Positions 35,255 through 45,015 of a stretch of DNA of 64,000 bases are shown in pieces. The position numbers and the translations under genes are program-made. Origin of the DNA: a virus; IMG/VR virus record IMGVR_UViG_3300048074_000119. One strand, 5' to 3'. Below the pieces are notes generated by a model that saw only the letters and a list, made by a program, of their open reading frames with translations, had not been told where the DNA came from and did no database searches. Every line of letters begins with the position of its first letter. Position 1 is the stretch's first letter.

Positions 35255-35781
35255 CAGCCGCCCTTGGCCTGGTCCCGGAGGAAGCTGGCGTTGATGAGGA
35301 GCATGTTGTCGTAGGCGAACGCCAAGGCGTCGAAGATGCGGGCCGGGCCGAGCTGCGGGTAGCGCCGGAGCATGGTCTCGGTGGCGGTCCCTTGGCGGTG
35401 CCACGCCCAGAGCCGATGGACCGGGATGATCGTGTCCTTGATGACCGGGACCCCGTCGGCGTTCAGGGTGACGTGGGGGTGCGGCACGAGGACTTCCGGC
35501 ATCGGCGGTAGCGCCACGGGAGCGGGCGCGGTCGGGGGACCACCGATGGTCTGGAGTTCCCATTCGCCATGCCCTTCGTCGGGTGCGTCCCCGAGAACTC
35601 GTCCGCAGACGACGCAGACGTACTCGCGCTTGCTCTTTCCCACGTTGCGAGAGTTGACGGGGCGCCTGTCTGGATGGGCAGGGCAGGTCGGACGTTCGGG
35701 GAGGGTCAGCATGGTCGGCCTCAGTCGTCGGCGCCTGTCTGGATGGGCAGGGCAGGTCGGACGTTCGGGGAGGGTCAGCAT
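35254..35781 (-). CDS. zinc-ribbon plus DUF433-like protein, N-terminus duplicated
   Basis: GVPVIKDT.IPV..L...T.E.ML..YPQL....I.DALAFA. Confidence 0.7.
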   Translation of the reverse strand: MLTLPERPTCPAHPDRRRRLRPTMLTLPERPTCPAHPDRRPVNSRNVGKSKREYVCVVCGRVLGDAPDEGHGEWELQTIGGPPTAPAPVALPPMPEVLVPHPHVTLNADGVPVIKDTIIPVHRLWAWHRQGTATETMLRRYPQLGPARIFDALAFAYDNMLLINASFLRDQAKGG

Positions 35782-35799
35782 GGTCGGCCTCAGTCGTCG
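35662..35799. repeat. exact 69-bp tandem duplication
   Basis: 35662-35730 equals 35731-35799. Confidence 0.95.
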
Positions 35800-37307
35800 T
35801 AGTTGTCGGGGAGGGTCTCGCCCTTGGCGGGGTTGTCGAAGCGGACGTAGTCGTCGAAGAACTTGAGCCTCACCCTACCAGTGGGCCCGTTGCGCTGCTT
35901 CGCGACGTTGACCTCGGCGAGGCCACGGACCTTCAGTGACTCCGGGGACTGCTTGTCCTGGATGTAGTAGTCGGGGCGGTAGATGAACTGGACCATGTCG
36001 GCGTCCTGTTCGATGGCCCCGCTCTCGCGAAGGTCCGCCAGCTGGGGCCGCTTGTCCTTGCCTCGAGTCTCGACCGAGCGGTTCAGCTGGGAGAGCGCGA
36101 CGACGGGGACCCGGAGTTCCTTGGCCAGGTTCTTGAGCCCGCGGGAGATTTCCGCAATCTCTTGCTCCCGGTTGCCCGCGCGGCTCCCGGCGCTGATCCC
36201 CATGAGCTGGATGTAGTCGATGACGATGAGGCCGATCCGCTGGGTGAACCGACCCTCCTTCGCGGGGTCCGGGCGGTTGTACTCGGCCTGGATCCGTCGG
36301 ACCCGTGAGCGGATGTCGAGCACGGAGAGGCTGGTCGTGTCGTCGAACCAGATCGGCAGCTGGGAGACGCGGTTGGCGCTCTCGACGAGGCGATCCCACG
36401 AATCGCCCTGCACCATGCCCGCACGAAAGGAGCTGAGGTTGACCCGCGCCTCGCTGCACATGACGCGGTCGGAGAGCTGGTGGGTGGGCATCTCGAGGGA
36501 GAACACCACGCAGCCGAAGGTCTCTTGGTCCGGGTCGGGCGTCACCTCCCCGTCTGGATCCTGGATCATCTTCGGGGACACCACGTTGAGCGCCATGTTC
36601 ATGACGTACGCGGTCTTTCCCATGCCGGGGCGCGCGGCGACGATGATCAACTCGCCGTCGTGCATGCCGCTGGTGAGCGTGTCCAACTCGTAGAAGCCGG
36701 TGGGCACGCCGGTGACCCGTCGTCCTCGAGCGGCCGCCTCCTCGTAGCGCTGGAACGACGTCTTGATGGCGTCGTAGGCAAGGATGGGCGAGTTGCGGTC
36801 CTTGGTGTGCGCGAGCTTGTAGATGCGCTGCTCGGCGCCGTCGATGAATTCCTGGGCGTTGCCGTAGTCGCCGTAGCCCTCGGCCGCGACCATCTGGCAC
36901 GTCTCGATCAGCTGTCGGATGCGGTACGTGTCGAGGATGATCTTGGCGTGCGCGGCGACGTGGGCGACCGCGGGTGTGGCGTCCACGAGGCGCGCCATGT
37001 AGGCGAGGCCGCCGATGGCCTGGAGCTTGTCGGTGCGGCGCAGGACCTCGGCGACGGTCTGGATGTCGACGGGGGCGCCCTCGCGATGGAGCTCCAAGGC
37101 GACGTCGTAGATCCGGCGGTGGGCGTCGATGTAGAACGGGTCGCTGTTCGGCAGGACCTCGGCGACGAGGTCGAACGCCTTGGTCTCGGTGAGGATCGCG
37201 GACATGACCGCGGCCTCGGCGTCGTTGTTGTGGGGTGGGACGCGCCCTGCGATGTCGACGGCTTGAACGCGGGGCTTGAAACGGTTGGGATCGCGAGGCT
37301 CGGCCAT
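35790..37307 (-). CDS. dnaB: replicative DNA helicase DnaB
   Basis: PPHN..AE.AV, IIVAARPGMGKT, FSLEM, IVIDYIQL, ALSQLNR, DLRESGAIEQDAD, KQRNGPTG. Confidence 0.97.
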   Translation of the reverse strand: MAEPRDPNRFKPRVQAVDIAGRVPPHNNDAEAAVMSAILTETKAFDLVAEVLPNSDPFYIDAHRRIYDVALELHREGAPVDIQTVAEVLRRTDKLQAIGGLAYMARLVDATPAVAHVAAHAKIILDTYRIRQLIETCQMVAAEGYGDYGNAQEFIDGAEQRIYKLAHTKDRNSPILAYDAIKTSFQRYEEAAARGRRVTGVPTGFYELDTLTSGMHDGELIIVAARPGMGKTAYVMNMALNVVSPKMIQDPDGEVTPDPDQETFGCVVFSLEMPTHQLSDRVMCSEARVNLSSFRAGMVQGDSWDRLVESANRVSQLPIWFDDTTSLSVLDIRSRVRRIQAEYNRPDPAKEGRFTQRIGLIVIDYIQLMGISAGSRAGNREQEIAEISRGLKNLAKELRVPVVALSQLNRSVETRGKDKRPQLADLRESGAIEQDADMVQFIYRPDYYIQDKQSPESLKVRGLAEVNVAKQRNGPTGRVRLKFFDDYVRFDNPAKGETLPDNYDD

Positions 37308-37735
37308 CAGTTGTTGTTGTTCGCGGGCGAGAACGACTTGTGGACGACGTCGAGTTGGCGGAGCACCGTGCGGACGGCCTCCTGGGTGCGGTGCGGTTCC
37401 TTGGGGTACCAGGCGTACGTGAACAGGTCGTTCGGCCGGTAGATGGGGTTGACCAGCGAGTCCTCGGGGGCCTTCACGGCCTCGGCGAACTGCCGGATGA
37501 TGTCGAGGTCCTCTGAGAGCGCCGGGCGCTGCGGTGGCCACACGCGGGCGACGAAGAGGGCGAGGCCGGTGGTCTCCATCGACAGGCCGATGCGGATGCC
37601 GAAGGCGTGGTTGAACACGGGGACGACGGGCTCGCGCTTGCCCTCGGGCAGCTCGAGCTGCTGGACGAGCCGCTTGAGCACCTCGGCGATCATCTCGTCG
37701 GCGATCTGGACGATGGACTTCGCGTTGCTGGGCAT
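37307..37735 (-). CDS. hypothetical protein
   Basis: Coupled to dnaB. Confidence 0.55.
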   Translation of the reverse strand: MPSNAKSIVQIADEMIAEVLKRLVQQLELPEGKREPVVPVFNHAFGIRIGLSMETTGLALFVARVWPPQRPALSEDLDIIRQFAEAVKAPEDSLVNPIYRPNDLFTYAWYPKEPHRTQEAVRTVLRQLDVVHKSFSPANNNN

Positions 37736-38037
37736 CACCCCTCCTTCTTCGGCACGTTCTTGCCGTCCACTCGACGTTGCTTCACGAACTCCCGCTGACC
37801 CTGGCGGAACTTGGCCCACTGGTTCGGGGTCAGGCGGCTCTTGATGTACTCCAGCGTGACGGTGCCGTGGAAGTTCTTGACGGGGTGCTGGTTGTAGTCG
37901 CGCTCGTAGGCCCAGTGGAGGACGAACCGTTCGGCGCCACCTTCCGCGGCCGCCTCCGAGAACCAGTAGAGGATGTTCTGGAGAGGCCGCTTGTTGCGGG
38001 CGACGCCGCGGTTCGCGCGGATCTTGCCGGGCTCCAT
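37735..38037 (-). CDS. basic hypothetical protein
   Basis: Coupled ORF. Confidence 0.55.
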   Translation of the reverse strand: MEPGKIRANRGVARNKRPLQNILYWFSEAAAEGGAERFVLHWAYERDYNQHPVKNFHGTVTLEYIKSRLTPNQWAKFRQGQREFVKQRRVDGKNVPKKEG

Positions 38038-38972
38038 CAGCCACCACGTCCCAGATCGGGCCCGATCATCTTGGACGCGCGCACCAACGCGCGCGCCAGA
38101 GGGATCGTGAGCTTCTCCAAGATCGTCAGACGATCGTTGAGCGTGCGTGCGTCCACCTCCTCACCGCTTCGAGTCGCCCGGTCGCGTTGACGACGTATGG
38201 CGTTGGTGACGTCCTCGAGAAATTCGACGCTGCAGAGCATCTCGTCCAGCGCCCCCAGCGGCTTTGGGTATGCGATGTCGAAGATGGGCGCCGATGGGGG
38301 GACCCGCATGATGTTGATGAACCATCCCACCGGCCACCTTGTGGCCTGACCGTTGGCCTCCTCTTCGGTCGTGAAGCGATACGCCTCTGTGCGGTCCGCA
38401 CTGACTCCACCAGCCAAGTCGGTCACGTAGCAGAGCGATGCGTCCATTCGGGAAGTTAGCTGAATGATCCACCCTGCCGTGAGCGCAGGCGGCTTGGCCT
38501 CGGTCGCGCCCGCGGTGACCGTCAACGGAAGGACGCGGATGTCGCTGGCGAGAGCATGCAGCGACATGCGGCCCCCCGCCGCGATGGCCGCGTTCTCCAC
38601 GATCTCCGCCGCCGCTTCGCGGATCCGCTCGGCGTCCACCGTGATGCCGCGCGCGCGGCAGAGCGCCTCGATCAGCTGGCTCACCGCCTCCGGTGGCAAC
38701 GGCACCGCCCCGCCCTCGTAGTCGGCGTACTGCCCGACGAACTCGAACACGTTGCCCTTCTTGTGGACGGTGAGGTGGCACGACTTGTTGGTGGGGTCCT
38801 GCCACCGGAACAGGGCGCTCTGGATCTCGGCGAGCACGCGGGCCTGCTCGGCGAGGGCGTAGGACTGGCGCTCGAGGTCCAAGCTGTCCTTCGTCAGCCG
38901 CTCTGCTTGGGCGCGCATCTCCTGCGAGCGCTTGAGCATCTGCGCGGGGGTCTCGGGGGTCGTCACGGTCAC
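38037..38972 (-). CDS. hypothetical protein
   Basis: Coupled ORF. Confidence 0.5.
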   Translation of the reverse strand: MTVTTPETPAQMLKRSQEMRAQAERLTKDSLDLERQSYALAEQARVLAEIQSALFRWQDPTNKSCHLTVHKKGNVFEFVGQYADYEGGAVPLPPEAVSQLIEALCRARGITVDAERIREAAAEIVENAAIAAGGRMSLHALASDIRVLPLTVTAGATEAKPPALTAGWIIQLTSRMDASLCYVTDLAGGVSADRTEAYRFTTEEEANGQATRWPVGWFINIMRVPPSAPIFDIAYPKPLGALDEMLCSVEFLEDVTNAIRRQRDRATRSGEEVDARTLNDRLTILEKLTIPLARALVRASKMIGPDLGRGG

Positions 38973-39856
38973 GCCTTCCAGCTGACGGTGATCGGGGAGA
39001 AGCCTTCGGCGTCGCGCTTGCGGCGCGCGGCGGTGCCGGAGGTGCCGCGGATCTCCACCTCGACCTTCTTGTCGCCCTTCTTCCCCTTCGTCTTCCGGGT
39101 GATCTTGAAGACCTTGGCGTTGCACTCGAGGTAGGCGTTGGCGCCGGTCTCGCCGAGCACGAGGTTGGGGCGAGCGAGTTCCATGGCCTCGTCGGGGGTG
39201 GTCATGTAGTCGCCGGTGACGGTGTGGAAGTTCTCGGGCCTGTCCAGCTCCTCGACGCGGATCTGTCGGCTCGCGTCGAAGGGGCGCGGGAGGACGGACT
39301 TCTCGACGTAGAGGGGGTGCTTGGGGCTGCCGTCGTCGTTGAGCCCGAGGGTCAGGACAGGGGCGGCACCGTCGCCGACCAGTTGCAGGACCGCTCGGAC
39401 ACGGGCGCGGAAGACTTCTTCCTGCTGGAAGGTGCGTCCCCAGGCGACGACGACCCGGTTGCTCTTGGCGATGACCGCTTGGATGTAGCTGTCGTTCTTG
39501 GGGCCGACACTGTTGGCCAGGCCCTGCTCGAGGAGCTTGTCGGGGTCGGTGCTGCGGTAGGCGAAGAGGTTGATCACGGTGACGTCGCTGAACCCCCAGT
39601 CGCGGGCGTACTGGACGACCCGTCGGACGGTGGGGTCGTTGACGTTCTGGTCGGCCGTGGAGGGGTTGAGCATCAGGAAGGTGCAGCGCCCGCCCTTGAG
39701 CTCGGAGGCGAACAGGCTCTGCTGGGTGTTCAGGGGGATGTGGAGCAGGTAGCGGAAGCGCCCGCAGGCCGAGAAGACGGCCGAGCGTCCGCCGTCCCCC
39801 TTCGCAGTCTTGTCGGGCAGCAGGTTGGCGATGGGAGGTTGAGGCTGCGTCTGCAT
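38969..39856 (-). CDS. DUF1643 family protein
   Basis: FLMLNPSTAD...DPTVRR, INLFAYRSTDP, GPKND, VVAWG, SPKHPLY. Confidence 0.9.
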   Translation of the reverse strand: MQTQPQPPIANLLPDKTAKGDGGRSAVFSACGRFRYLLHIPLNTQQSLFASELKGGRCTFLMLNPSTADQNVNDPTVRRVVQYARDWGFSDVTVINLFAYRSTDPDKLLEQGLANSVGPKNDSYIQAVIAKSNRVVVAWGRTFQQEEVFRARVRAVLQLVGDGAAPVLTLGLNDDGSPKHPLYVEKSVLPRPFDASRQIRVEELDRPENFHTVTGDYMTTPDEAMELARPNLVLGETGANAYLECNAKVFKITRKTKGKKGDKKVEVEIRGTSGTAARRKRDAEGFSPITVSWKA

Positions 39857-40725
39857 CACGAATGCTCCTGGATGGCGAGAAGGTCGAGGACGTCTTGGAG
39901 GGTGAAGCTGAGCCGCTTGGCCGTCAGGAGCAGGTCCCGGACGCCGTCGGGGAGGGTACTGCGGGCGGTGGCGGTGAGGGTCGCGAGCTTGATGACGTCG
40001 CTCTTGTCGAGCTGGGGCGCAGGCGGTGGCATGGGGACCTCGGGTTCGGGGGAAGAGGGGCGTGCGATGGTCAGCGAAGCGGTGACCCACTCGTCGCCCT
40101 CGAGTCCGTCGTCGGCCACGGTCGTGGGCCACGTGGGGAGAGGCGCGAAGTTGAGGGCGGGGAACAGTTCCAGCAAGAGCGCGTGCTGCATCGGATTCGG
40201 GGAGGAGCGGTCGGTCTCCCACTCGTTGAGCAGGGTGGTCCTTGCTCTGTCGCTGCTGAAACCGAGCAGTTCGGCGAGCGTGCCCAGGCTGAGGTCGTTC
40301 GACTTGCGCGCCGCGCGCAGGCAGGCGCCGAAGGACGAGATGTCGCCCTTGCTCAAGACCTGGTGGGCCTCCTCGGCCGAGAGCGGGGGAGTCGGAGGAT
40401 CTTGGCGGGCCGCATTGAGGGTCCGGATCATGGGCAGCGCCCTGATGCGGTCCATGGGCCACGACGACGCCTTGTGGTCGACCATGAAGTACGGTCGCCC
40501 GGCGTCATCGCAGCGCTGGCGGACGGCGTTGATGGCGGTGTGGCCACCGACCGTGATGACGACGAGCGCGCCGTCGAACCGCAGCAAGTCGCTGCGCTGC
40601 GCCTCACGGAAGGTGAGGTGCTCGCTCGTCACCCCGTTGGCCGCGAGCCTCTGTTGGAGGTTCTCGTGCTGCAGGGTCCGGAGCATGGCCACGAGGGCCA
40701 CGTGTGGTTCGTGGACGACGCTCAT
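39856..40725 (-). CDS. DUF2325-like plus XRE helix-turn-helix protein
   Basis: FG..LRAARK..DLSLGTLAELLG.....L..WET. Confidence 0.65.
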   Translation of the reverse strand: MSVVHEPHVALVAMLRTLQHENLQQRLAANGVTSEHLTFREAQRSDLLRFDGALVVITVGGHTAINAVRQRCDDAGRPYFMVDHKASSWPMDRIRALPMIRTLNAARQDPPTPPLSAEEAHQVLSKGDISSFGACLRAARKSNDLSLGTLAELLGFSSDRARTTLLNEWETDRSSPNPMQHALLLELFPALNFAPLPTWPTTVADDGLEGDEWVTASLTIARPSSPEPEVPMPPPAPQLDKSDVIKLATLTATARSTLPDGVRDLLLTAKRLSFTLQDVLDLLAIQEHS

Positions 40726-41180
40726 CCACCGCCCCTCGGTACGCCCAGTCGGCGCTTGAGCAGCAGCGCAGGCCCCGGCCCACACGGATACGGGTCGAGC
40801 GCACAGACAGCCTCCCAGCCGTCCTTCCCGTACTGGTTCAGCTTTTCGTGATCCAGGTGGGAAAGAAGGAGGGCCAGGTACTCCCACCGCGGTGCAGCGG
40901 CGAGCGCGTGCGGCGGGTACAGGCGGTCGGCCAGACGGAGAATCTCCTCAGGCGAGGACGGCTTTGACGGGTCAGCCATGGTCGATGTCGTCACGGCGTC
41001 CCGCAACAGCGTCGCGATGGTGAAGGCCTGCTGCGGTGTGCGGCACAGCACGCGCGACGTGATCGGGTTGTGGCCACCTTCCAGGTACGCGACGATCTTG
41101 ACCTCGCGTCCGGACGCGACGGCGTCGTGGACGAGGTGTCCGTGGCGGCTGCGGTCGTCGGGGTAGGTCTTGTCGGTCAT
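40722..41180 (-). CDS. hypothetical protein (DUF4177-like C-terminus)
   Basis: RWEY......LNQYGKDGWEAV. Confidence 0.55.
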   Translation of the reverse strand: MTDKTYPDDRSRHGHLVHDAVASGREVKIVAYLEGGHNPITSRVLCRTPQQAFTIATLLRDAVTTSTMADPSKPSSPEEILRLADRLYPPHALAAAPRWEYLALLLSHLDHEKLNQYGKDGWEAVCALDPYPCGPGPALLLKRRLGVPRGGG

Positions 41181-41533
41181 TCGGAGCCTCCGGGGAGCAA
41201 CGATGCGTCGAGGGCCTCGAGCGCTTCCTTGGTGGCGAGGTGGCCACAGTTGCACTCGGGCCCGTGCCGAAACATGCGCCGCGGCGAGGTGGGGCGACTC
41301 GCCTGCGCCACTTCGCAGTCCTCGTCGTGACCATGTTCGAGACGCTCCCGCAAGAGCGCCACGCAGTCGGCGACGAGCGCCGTGTTCGCGGGCGAGTGCA
41401 GGACGATGTGAGCGGCGTCTGCGGCTCGAAAGGCGAGACGCCGGAGCCCCTCGAAGGGCCACCACCCGAGAAGGCCGTCGAGCGACGCCTCCTTCGCGAG
41501 TCGCCTCGCAACGACCTCCCATCGTTCAGCCAT
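41177..41533 (-). CDS. hypothetical protein
   Basis: GH..DC...C.CG motif. Confidence 0.5.
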   Translation of the reverse strand: MAERWEVVARRLAKEASLDGLLGWWPFEGLRRLAFRAADAAHIVLHSPANTALVADCVALLRERLEHGHDEDCEVAQASRPTSPRRMFRHGPECNCGHLATKEALEALDASLLPGGSE

Positions 41534-42743
41534 GGCGCACCTCCCACCCGACCCATCCGACCTGCAGCCGGGGCGGGAACTCGCGCACCCGAAACTCCTC
41601 GGGCCACTCCGAGGGGTCGGCGCCCTTCCTGTCGGCGAAGCGCGGCGCGCCGGTCTTGTCGACCTTCCCCGACTTCCACCAGTCCTGATCCTCGGGCATG
41701 TCGGGCACCCAGAGGGGCGACGACCCGAGTTGCTTGATGAACAGGGCGGGCCCCCCGACCTCACCGCGGCGCTCGAGGCTCGCCTTGGCGTGCTTGCACT
41801 GGTCGAGGATGGCGCGCGCCCATCGGAGGTCGAACCCGCGCGACCCGGGACCGCTCTCGCCGCCCACGATGACCCAGTCGAGGCGCGGGCCTCCGCTGAG
41901 GCCGTGGTCACCGTTGCTCCAGTAGGCGGTGCCGGTGAGGGCGTTGTAGAGGTCGGCGCCCTCGCGGTCCCACCACGCGCCGTCGTTCAGCATGGTGAGG
42001 TCGAGGGGGCCGAGGGCGGGTTCGTAGGAGATGTACCGCTGGGCGGCGGGGGTCTGGAGCAGGTCGAGGATGCGCTTGTTGCCCCACTCCTGGTTCTCGA
42101 CGCTGACGCCGAGCATGAGGTTCGGGAGCGGGTGGAAGAGCTTGCTGTAGGAGAAGGGCACGTTCTTCTCGTCGGGGTCGGCCGCGAGGCCGCCGTCCTT
42201 CCAGGCGCGCCCGGTGATGCCCGCGACGTACTCGGAGAAGCAGACGTCGCCATCGCCGATGATGACCTTCCCGTCGACGGCCTTGGCCCAGCGCTCGACG
42301 AGGACGTGGGGCTCGACGCTCAGGTAGTCCCGCATCCAGCCCGCGCGCTTGGTGAGAACCTGGAAGGTGTGGGCGGGCACGTTGTCGAGGGTGGCGCACG
42401 CGAGCATCACGCCGAAGACGGCGTCGATGTCGTCCAGCGAGAACTCCTCGTAGAAGAGGTCTCCCATGTTGGCGACGAAGATGCGGCTCGCCTTGCGCAG
42501 ACGCAGGGGCATCATCAGGTCGTCCCAGGCCATCCGGACCTCCCCTGTCCAGCGCGGGACGCGCACGGTCTGCAAGCCCTTCCGCTCGGGGAGCACGGCG
42601 AGGTCCTTGTACTTGGGATGGTGCTTGAGCCGCGTGGCGGAGAGTCGCGCCGCGTAGCAGTTCAGGCAGCCTGGCGACGCGACCCGGCAGCCGTTCGCGA
42701 GCGGCCAGCTGACGTCGGTCCACTCGATGGTGGTGGTGCCCAT
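41526..42743 (-). CDS. DUF5131 / phage Gp37Gp68 family protein
   Basis: TIEWTD, SPGCLNCYA, IFVANMGDLF, FQVLTKR, LGVSVENQ, WVIVGGESG, FIKQLG. Confidence 0.92.
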   Translation of the reverse strand: MGTTTIEWTDVSWPLANGCRVASPGCLNCYAARLSATRLKHHPKYKDLAVLPERKGLQTVRVPRWTGEVRMAWDDLMMPLRLRKASRIFVANMGDLFYEEFSLDDIDAVFGVMLACATLDNVPAHTFQVLTKRAGWMRDYLSVEPHVLVERWAKAVDGKVIIGDGDVCFSEYVAGITGRAWKDGGLAADPDEKNVPFSYSKLFHPLPNLMLGVSVENQEWGNKRILDLLQTPAAQRYISYEPALGPLDLTMLNDGAWWDREGADLYNALTGTAYWSNGDHGLSGGPRLDWVIVGGESGPGSRGFDLRWARAILDQCKHAKASLERRGEVGGPALFIKQLGSSPLWVPDMPEDQDWWKSGKVDKTGAPRFADRKGADPSEWPEEFRVREFPPRLQVGWVGWEVRHG

Positions 42744-43072
42744 CAGTCCTCCCGTCCGTCGAACGCGAGCTTGTAGACCGTGGCCCACTCGACCCGGGTG
42801 ACGTCGAGCACGATGACGACGCCGTCCTGCGTCACACCCGTGAACCGCCAGCCCACGGGGACGTCGCCCGTCGTGTCAGGGAAGTCGAACAGGCCGCTGA
42901 CGAAGCCGCTGACGAAGCTCTTGAGGAGCCCGGGCGGATGCAGCGGCTTGCAGCGAAGCGTGATCTGTGGCGGCAGGACCCCCGGCCTCCCGCTGCGCAC
43001 GACCATGGCTTCCATGGCGGAGAGCGCCAGAGCCTTGGCCTTGTCCTCGGTGGTCGCGAACAGGTGCAGCAT
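42743..43072 (-). CDS. hypothetical protein
   Basis: Coupled ORF. Confidence 0.45.
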   Translation of the reverse strand: MLHLFATTEDKAKALALSAMEAMVVRSGRPGVLPPQITLRCKPLHPPGLLKSFVSGFVSGLFDFPDTTGDVPVGWRFTGVTQDGVVIVLDVTRVEWATVYKLAFDGRED

Positions 43073-43476
43073 CAGCCTTCCTCCGACCACGAAATCCGGA
43101 AGTGCCAACTGAAGTTGTCGCGGGGCATGTCCCCCCACACCTTCTTGGCCTCGGGCAGCGCCATGACGTCGCTCCACGGAGCGTCCTGCGCGGGATCGAG
43201 CACCGGTCCAAAGGTGGGGGCCTCTTGGCCGAAGGTGAAGGTGAGCTGGGCCTGGACCTTGAATCCCGCCGCGGCCAAGCGACGCGCCAGCGCGGGCGAC
43301 GTCATGAGAACGGCGAACCCCACGTCGGCGATGGTCGTGAAGTGCATCAGGTAGTCGTGAAGGACGCGATCCTCCTTGTTCATGATGTGAACGCGGCGCA
43401 GGACGTCGACCGCGTTGTCCATCGTGATCGACAGTTGGGCATGCTTGAGGCTGATGCGCTGGGGGTCACTGTCCAT
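43072..43476 (-). CDS. hypothetical protein
   Basis: Coupled ORF. Confidence 0.5.
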   Translation of the reverse strand: MDSDPQRISLKHAQLSITMDNAVDVLRRVHIMNKEDRVLHDYLMHFTTIADVGFAVLMTSPALARRLAAAGFKVQAQLTFTFGQEAPTFGPVLDPAQDAPWSDVMALPEAKKVWGDMPRDNFSWHFRISWSEEG

Positions 43477-43702
43477 GAGGGTCTCCAAGGTCGGCGAGCA
43501 GGATGATGTGGATGGCGGCGAGGACGAGGTGCTCCGCGACCGCGCGGGACGGGTGCAGGCAGATCAGGTGGCCTCGGTCGTCGATGTAGACGCCGGGCAG
43601 GTGCAGGCGGGCGAACCGTTCCCGGGCCTTGGTGGGGTCCGAGAGCTGCTGGGCGCAGTGGCCCCCATCGCTGACCTCACCATCGTTGTAGACGAGGGTC
43701 AT
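43466..43702 (-). CDS. small hypothetical protein
   Basis: Coupled ORF. Confidence 0.4.
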   Translation of the reverse strand: MTLVYNDGEVSDGGHCAQQLSDPTKARERFARLHLPGVYIDDRGHLICLHPSRAVAEHLVLAAIHIILLADLGDPHGQ

Positions 43703-44010
43703 GCTGCGGTGGAGGACGAGCGCCGGAAGCCGCCGATGAAGGCGCTCGAGGGCGATTCCTTGGCGAGGCTGTCGACGAGGCTCGCGATGCGGGCGGGATC
43801 CTCCCCGAGCGCGGAGTAGACGATGACGCCCCGGCGGTAGCGCGGGGTCCACTTCACGAGCTGGCGCGCGAGGTCGTGGTGGAGGATGTTGACGTCGCAG
43901 CGCAGCTTGCGGGCCAGCTCGGGCACGACGGTGGGCCCGTTGGCGGCCAGGTAGGCCTTGATGGTCTCGTAGCGGGCGAGCCGCTGGGCGTCGCGTTCGG
44001 TCTTGGTCAT
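43699..44010 (-). CDS. winged HTH-like protein
   Basis: YL..NGP..V.ELA.KL......L..DL. Confidence 0.5.
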   Translation of the reverse strand: MTKTERDAQRLARYETIKAYLAANGPTVVPELARKLRCDVNILHHDLARQLVKWTPRYRRGVIVYSALGEDPARIASLVDSLAKESPSSAFIGGFRRSSSTAA

Positions 44011-44933
44011 GTCAGCAGCATCTCCTTGATGTCGTCCATGTACTCGTCCATCGACTGGTCGAAGTCCGGAACGCCCGACAGCTCGAGCCGCCCCGGCAGT
44101 TCGTCGTTGGGATCGTCGGCTGCCTCGATGGCCCAGCGGCGACCCGCGATGTTGTGGACCGCGTCGATGAACACCTCCTTGGCTCGATCGAACGACCAAG
44201 CGCGGCTGCGGCCATAGTAATGGGCACGCTTGGCGCACTCGATGAAGGAGACCGCGAAGTCGGGCAGGGTGACGTTCTCCTCCGGCGAGAGGTCGTCGCC
44301 GCGGGGAGGGTTGGGGCAGTAGAGTTCGCGCTCGATGGAGAGGGCGATGCGGTCGGCGAACTTGAGCGTCATGCGCTCCTCGACGCTCAGCGGGCGCAGC
44401 TTCCGCTTGTCGACGATGCAGGCGAAGAAGTTGTTCTCGATGATCTTGAAGAAGGGGAAGAGCTGCTTGAGCGGGCTGATCTTGTCGCCGAGCCACGCTT
44501 CCGGGGAGTCGTGGAGGACGGCGTGCTCGAGGAGCGCGAGGTGCTCCGGCTCGTTCCAGTAGAGGGTGCGCGCCACAGAGTCGGCTTTCGCCTCGCGCGC
44601 CTTGCAGCGCTTGCGTTCGTAGAGCTGGAAGACGAGCCACAGCACAAGCACGGAGTGCTGCGCGACGGTGTAGAGGATGGTGTTCTCGCGCTGGCGATAG
44701 CGCTCGGTGTCCAAGCCGACGTGGCCGCCGAACCGCGCGATGGCCGCGAGCCCATGGGCCATGTCCGACAGCGTCAATTCGTCGGGCTGCGGGTCGAGCA
44801 GGTGCACCTTCGTCCCCGACAAGGCGGTGAACCAGGGGCCGCGCGGCGGGCCCATCCAGCGGCCGGGATAGAAGTCGGAGAGCTTGAAGTCTTCGTCGGC
44901 GGCGTTCAGCCTACCGACCAGGTTCTGGTGCAT
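44007..44933 (-). CDS. HD-domain phosphohydrolase (YfbR-like)
   Basis: AHGLA..ARFGGH, YTVAQHSVLV, LHD.PEA.LGD, K.AD. Confidence 0.85.
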   Translation of the reverse strand: MHQNLVGRLNAADEDFKLSDFYPGRWMGPPRGPWFTALSGTKVHLLDPQPDELTLSDMAHGLAAIARFGGHVGLDTERYRQRENTILYTVAQHSVLVLWLVFQLYERKRCKAREAKADSVARTLYWNEPEHLALLEHAVLHDSPEAWLGDKISPLKQLFPFFKIIENNFFACIVDKRKLRPLSVEERMTLKFADRIALSIERELYCPNPPRGDDLSPEENVTLPDFAVSFIECAKRAHYYGRSRAWSFDRAKEVFIDAVHNIAGRRWAIEAADDPNDELPGRLELSGVPDFDQSMDEYMDDIKEMLLT

Positions 44934-44955
44934 CCGCGGGTAACCTCCGGGGCTT

Positions 44956-45006
44956 AGTATGGTCCGAACATGGGTCGTTGACAACCATAAACGGTCCAGG
45001 CAGAAT
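44956..45006. promoter_or_regulatory. overlapping divergent sigma70-like promoters
   Basis: Plus: TTGACA(44978)-17-CAGAAT. Minus: TTGTCA(44984)-17-CATACT. The -35 hexamers overlap. Confidence 0.7.
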
Positions 45007-45015
45007 GCCAGCACG

